A stretch of DNA of 64,000 nucleotides from Bacteroidales bacterium (GTDB lineage Bacteria; Bacteroidota; Bacteroidia; Bacteroidales; GCA-2748055). Both the position numbers and the translations under genes were made by a program. Positions 61,158 through 64,000 of the stretch are shown here, one piece after another. The notes under the pieces are model-generated. The model was not told the DNA's origin. It made no database searches and saw nothing but the letters and a program-made list of their open reading frames with translations. The stretch spans positions 898 through 64,897 of the forward strand of contig JAUUZQ010000006.1 in assembly GCA_030589895.1 (NCBI GenBank), read 5' to 3'. Each line of letters starts with the position of its first letter. Position 1 is the first letter of the stretch.

Positions 61158-62546
61158 ATGTCAAAGAATGAGGATAGAAGTATTTCCGAGATAGTTGAAA
61201 ATCAAAAATCATATTTTCTCACCGGAAAATCCATGCCGATTGCGACCAGGAAAAAGTATTTAAGGGAGCTTAAGCTAATGCTTCAGGAAAATGAAAATAT
61301 AATTGCCGAAGCAGTCTACAAGGACTATAAGAAATCATATTTTGAAGTAATTGAGAATGAGATCAGCCTTGTTTATGTGGAGATCAACCTGGCCTTGAGA
61401 AAACTTCGTAAATGGTCTAAACCTCATCGTCCTGTCCCCAGTATAGTTAGTATACCTGCAAGGTGTATGGTATGCCAGCAACCTTACGGCACTGTATTGT
61501 GCATATCACCATGGAATTACCCTATTCAACTTGCATTGATTCCCGTTGTAGCAGCTATGGCAGCAGGAAACACGGTGATATTAAAACCCTCCGAAATATC
61601 AAATCATACCTCTGCTCTTTTGTCAGAGCTAATCAATAACAGGTTTCCTGAAGAGGTTTTTTATGCACAGGAAGGTGGAATTGAAGAGACAACTGAATTA
61701 CTGAGTATTCATTTTGATAAGATCTTTTTTACAGGGAGTACCCATGTTGGAAGAATAGTTATGCGTGCGGCAGCAGAGCATCTCACGCCTGTTACATTAG
61801 AACTTGCTGGGAAAAATCCGGTTATAGTATTGCCGGATTGCAACCTTAAGATGACTGCAAAGCGAATAGTTTGGGGTAAGTTTCATAACGGGGGACAAGC
61901 ATGTGTGGCACCGGATCATATATATGTTCATGAATCTATCAAGGAAAAGTTGCTTGAAGAAGTAAAGATGAATATCGAAAAGCAATTTAAGGGAAATGCC
62001 ATCGAGAGTGAGGCACTGCCTCGTATTATAAATGAAAAGAATTATAATCGGCTTATGAAATTGATTCCGGCCGATAGAGTTGTACTCGGTGGAAGCGGAA
62101 TTAAAGAGGAGCTGTTTATCGAGCCAACGGTATTGAGAGATATAACTGAGGATGATACGATTATGCAGGAGGAAATCTTTGGTCCGCTGATGCCATTCTT
62201 GTCATTTGATGATCTGGATGCGCTATTGGAGCAAATTAAACTTAAGCCTTCACCTTTGGCATTGTATATTTTCACACGGAATTTCCGCTTAGCCAGAAAA
62301 ATTCAGAGAGGAATACGCTCCGGGGGAGGAATGATCAATGACACGGTAGTACATTTTGTAAATTCTTCCACACCCTTTGGTGGCGTTGGTGAAAGTGGAA
62401 TGGGGAATTACCACGGCAGAGCCGGATTTGAAACATTCAGTCATCGAAAAGCAGTAATCAAGAAGCCGAACTGGTTTGAATTGTGGATTAAATATCCTCC
62501 CTATACAAATTTCAAGCTGAAGATTATTAAACTTCTTTTGAGGTAG
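61158..62546 (+). CDS. Aldehyde dehydrogenase (ALDH3/fatty-aldehyde-like)
   Basis: PWNYP, KPSE, FTGS, LELAGKNP, GQACVAPD, EEIFGP. Confidence 0.95.
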   Translation: MSKNEDRSISEIVENQKSYFLTGKSMPIATRKKYLRELKLMLQENENIIAEAVYKDYKKSYFEVIENEISLVYVEINLALRKLRKWSKPHRPVPSIVSIPARCMVCQQPYGTVLCISPWNYPIQLALIPVVAAMAAGNTVILKPSEISNHTSALLSELINNRFPEEVFYAQEGGIEETTELLSIHFDKIFFTGSTHVGRIVMRAAAEHLTPVTLELAGKNPVIVLPDCNLKMTAKRIVWGKFHNGGQACVAPDHIYVHESIKEKLLEEVKMNIEKQFKGNAIESEALPRIINEKNYNRLMKLIPADRVVLGGSGIKEELFIEPTVLRDITEDDTIMQEEIFGPLMPFLSFDDLDALLEQIKLKPSPLALYIFTRNFRLARKIQRGIRSGGGMINDTVVHFVNSSTPFGGVGESGMGNYHGRAGFETFSHRKAVIKKPNWFELWIKYPPYTNFKLKIIKLLLR

Positions 62547-62613
62547 ACTCTTTGATGCCACTCTGCACTTTCTCCATTTTCCATTTAACTTTGTAAGAGG
62601 CATCTAACTCCCA

Positions 62614-62662
62614 AACTCTGAACTCTGAACTCTATACTCTAAACTCCGAACTCTGTACTCTG
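62614..62662 (+). repeat. Heptamer tandem repeat, 7 units of (A/T)ACTC(T/C)(G/A)
   Basis: AACTCTG AACTCTG AACTCTA TACTCTA AACTCCG AACTCTG TACTCTG. Confidence 0.85.
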
Positions 62663-62840
62663 ATCTTCCTTCCTTTGCTATTAACTAAAATACTCTCTAA
62701 ATTGTATCCTCATTTTAACCCTAAAAAAAAATAGTGATATGAAAAGATCAATTAGAATACTATCCTGCATTATTCATAAGGCGTAATAAACTAATTTATG
62801 AACGGCTTTAGCCCTCACCGGAGGTTATAAAGCAGGCTAA

Positions 62841-62880
62841 TTACCGGGGGCATATTTTTGAATATGACCCCGGTAACTTT
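62841..62880 (+). terminator. Strong hairpin, probable terminator
   Basis: TTACCGGGGGCATATT-TTTG-AATATGACCCCGGTAA, 16-bp stem with one mismatch. Confidence 0.6.
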
Positions 62881-63204
62881 ATTAGGGTAATTGCTATTAA
62901 TATGATATCTTTGTAGACGATAATTAGATAAATTGACAGGTTATTTACGGTTATTGTTAGAAATAGATAGAAAAATCAGCAATAAGAGAGTGGTTTATAA
63001 AGCTCTCTTTGAATTAAAATTTCAATTGATGTAGCTATTTCAGCTATATTCTCACATCTTAGTCTAATGAGATACGTGATCTGACAAATGGCAAATATTG
63101 ATCATTTTCCATGTGTCTGAAATATCATAACTAAGCATTGTTTAGCTGGTATTTTAATCGTGCAATATCATAGAAAATAACAGATTACAATAAATACGAT
63201 TCAA

Positions 63205-64000
63205 ATGATAGATGAGATTATTAAGATTTTAGAGAGAAAGAAAATTAATTTGCCCAATGATGTTGTTGAATTGATGTCAGAAAGCAAAAGTATAACTATT
63301 TACAATACCGTTGAAGATTTAGCCACTGCAGCTGTAGGAGGAAAGGATAGCAACTCATTTGAGGTTAAATATGACCTTCCTGATAATAAAACCTTTACTG
63401 AGGCCATTGTTCACAAGGTTACAAACGGTGTCTCTGCAAATTATACTGAAGCATACATGCGGCGTCGTGATCCTAAAACCATGGCTATTGCAGATAATTT
63501 ACCTACGGATAAGGTAAGATTTATCGATAAATATGGCTATGATTTCAAGGTCCTTAAGACTGAAACATTCGGTTGGTTAAAGAAGCAGGATTTAACTGCG
63601 TTTTTTTATTTTGCCGGGAATGGTAAAATTGGAGTTGGCGGTATTGCTATAGCCCCGGCGAATGCAGCTTTTTTCTCAATGGGATTAGCGATGTTGCAAA
63701 AACTTATTGCAATAGATGATCTTCCCGATGGATTTAGTATTGATTCGGTGATTTATGTGGCTCCAACATTTCGTCATACACATTTTGATGGCAAACAAGT
63801 AGTCGTTCATAATCGCCTGGAAAATTTACATGAAATATATTCTTATAATCTCTATCCTGGTCCAAGTGCCAAAAAAGGCTTGTACGGTGCGCTTCTTACC
63901 AAAGGAGAGAAAGAGGGGTGGATTACTGCACATTGCTCAACTGTTCAGGTGGTTAGTCCGTATGATAATATCACTACATTCATGCATGAAGGAGCCAGCG
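63205..64000 (+). CDS. DUF4914 family protein (3'-partial, not in the supplied ORF track)
   Basis: Translated by hand: MIDEIIKILERKK...NGVSANYTEAYMRRRDP...APTFRHTHFDGKQVVVHNR...YPGPSAKKG...MHEGAS; open to the window end. Confidence 0.85.
   Translation, partial: MIDEIIKILERKKINLPNDVVELMSESKSITIYNTVEDLATAAVGGKDSNSFEVKYDLPDNKTFTEAIVHKVTNGVSANYTEAYMRRRDPKTMAIADNLPTDKVRFIDKYGYDFKVLKTETFGWLKKQDLTAFFYFAGNGKIGVGGIAIAPANAAFFSMGLAMLQKLIAIDDLPDGFSIDSVIYVAPTFRHTHFDGKQVVVHNRLENLHEIYSYNLYPGPSAKKGLYGALLTKGEKEGWITAHCSTVQVVSPYDNITTFMHEGAS

Noticed and set aside
62614-62662. Short repeat array as a CRISPR
   Set aside because: Units are 7 bp with no spacers, and no cas genes are in the window.

Overview
64 kb of a Bacteroidota chromosome, most likely Bacteroidales. 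The evidence is SusC/SusD, a hybrid two-component system (HTCS), T9SS C-terminal domains and TAnnTTTG promoters. From left to right: (i) the right edge of an element integrated at tRNA-Lys(TTT), with a tyrosine integrase; (ii) a DUF4252/ECF-sigma cluster, an extended bTHX ribosomal protein, msrB, several deletion-eroded genes and an HPD-motif/LRR protein; (iii) housekeeping genes and Cys-type sulfatases; (iv) a ~25 kb pectin/galacturonan-type PUL (SusCD, 3 PL1, 2 GH28, GH105, 2 sulfatases, HTCS) whose four promoter regions share a direct repeat with 22-bp periodicity; (v) mnmE bracketed by relics of its own 5' and 3' ends, with an AAA ATPase and RhuM between them; (vi) an outer-membrane barrel/MMPL/LolA-like/DUF2141 operon, an aldehyde dehydrogenase and a partial DUF4914 gene. 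All family calls come from motif recognition by eye; no database search was run.
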